DNA of 64,000 nucleotides from Octopus sinensis (taxonomy: Eukaryota): assembly GCF_006345805.1 (NCBI RefSeq), contig NC_043011.1:46016464-46080463 (forward strand). The letters are read 5' to 3'. A program made the translations under genes and the position numbers. This document shows, piece after piece, positions 62,691-64,000 of the stretch (positions are counted from its first letter, which is position 1; each line of letters starts with the position of its first letter). A model generated the notes under the pieces. The model ran no database searches. It worked only from the letters and a program-made list of their open reading frames with translations, and was not told the DNA's origin.

Positions 62691-64000
62691 ACTCCGATAT
62701 AAAGACCATTGGGCAAAAAATGATCTGGTCATTATCAGATCTTTCAACAACAGCTGGAAATTGTGACATTCTTATACACCTGAGTTTGTGACCATTATTG
62801 ACACCAAATATGATGCATTGGCTTGTCTTTACATCATATCAACTGCGTGGACAGGGTCTAAAATTCTGCATGGTCATAGCTGACTGTCTTGTTATGTCTT
62901 CTTATATATTAAAATCATGCAGTGTTGAGATGTTTGGGGCATGTGCAAACTTGACTGGTTGGAAATATGTAGTCACCATCTGCATTGGGGATATGTGTTA
63001 TATATATAAACAAACACACATGTATATTATATATATATATATGGAAAAAAAAAAGACACTAACTGAAAAAAACCTACAGTGTTTGAAGTTAGTAGAATTT
63101 ATTTCTTTTAACTTGTTTTGAAATATCAAATCTGAAAAAAATACCACCTAGTTTTACACTTAAAACAGTAAGAAAAAAAAAGACCGTCTTTGAATGCAAA
63201 CTTCTCATTACTATAAATAACGATGACATTTTAAAATATTTACTTTGCTTAAAGAGAAAGTGAAAGTAGAAGTAAAGGAAGATTAGTGCATATAAAAATT
63301 CAGGAAACCAAAATATAAAACAGAAATATCGATCTATGGAAAAGTAGTACTTCCAATTTAACGAAAATTATAGGTCTTAAGAATTACGTAGTTCTTCAAA
63401 AATAAATTGTATTTAAGAAAGAATTTTAATATTTAGGTTGGCATCACCTAAAAAGATTTTTAAATACAATACAAAGTCTATAACTTTTCAAGGAAACTGT
63501 CAACGAAGTGTAATTTGTGATGTAAGGGAAATAACTGTAGCAATGATAGCGATAAATGATTGATTTCAAATAGAGGATAGAGATTAGGCGAGGGGGGATT
63601 ATTTGGACGAGCTTAACGTCGTCTTTCATGCTAGCAAAGTATGTACCATAATTTCCTCTTCTGCCAAATGCATGACTCCATGCCAAACTTAGATAAGATT
63701 TGCGTTCAAATCCTGTTAAAGTTGACTTTGTCTTATGTACTTCTGGGTTCGATAAAAGAGATACTGGTCATTTAGTCATTTACTGGAAGCCATATAATTG
63801 ACTAGTTCCCTTTCAGAATTTAAATCTCATTGGGGGGGGGGGGGGGGGGGATAAAATAAAGTACCAATCAAGTACCAGATTCATGGTATTGCCTAACGTC
63901 TTTACCTGAAAAGTGTTGGCCCGATGCTTAAATCAGAAGCGATTTTTATATCATCATCATCATCATCCTCACCACCACCACCACCACCACTACTACCACC

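Overview
AT-rich, microsatellite-dense animal genomic DNA. The repeat families look like those of an octopus (coleoid cephalopod); this rests on recalled repeat motifs, not a database search. The window is mostly intronic/intergenic. It holds several tRNA-headed SINE families, RTE and CR1/L2 LINE fragments, decayed pogo and DD37D (maT) transposases, non-autonomous Helitron-like elements, MITEs, (TA)n/(TG)n/(ATT)n/(GAT)n arrays and a 100-N gap. Almost all ORFs in the supplied track are microsatellite or repeat read-through. A few short spliced-exon candidates exist on both strands, but no gene could be named. The main signal is a set of small elements, mostly in or beside (TA)n arrays, that carry type I hammerhead-ribozyme (HHR) folds of the minimal, Penelope-associated kind. 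Core-intact folds are at 12074-12160 (+), 14648-14769 (-), 42660-42706 (+), 58519-58609 (+) with a mirror at 58237-58327 (-), and 55681-55744 (+, weak stem II); about eight decayed relics are also present. Three of these loci are fold-back palindromes with outward-pointing HHRs in both arms, including an essentially perfect 442-bp palindrome.
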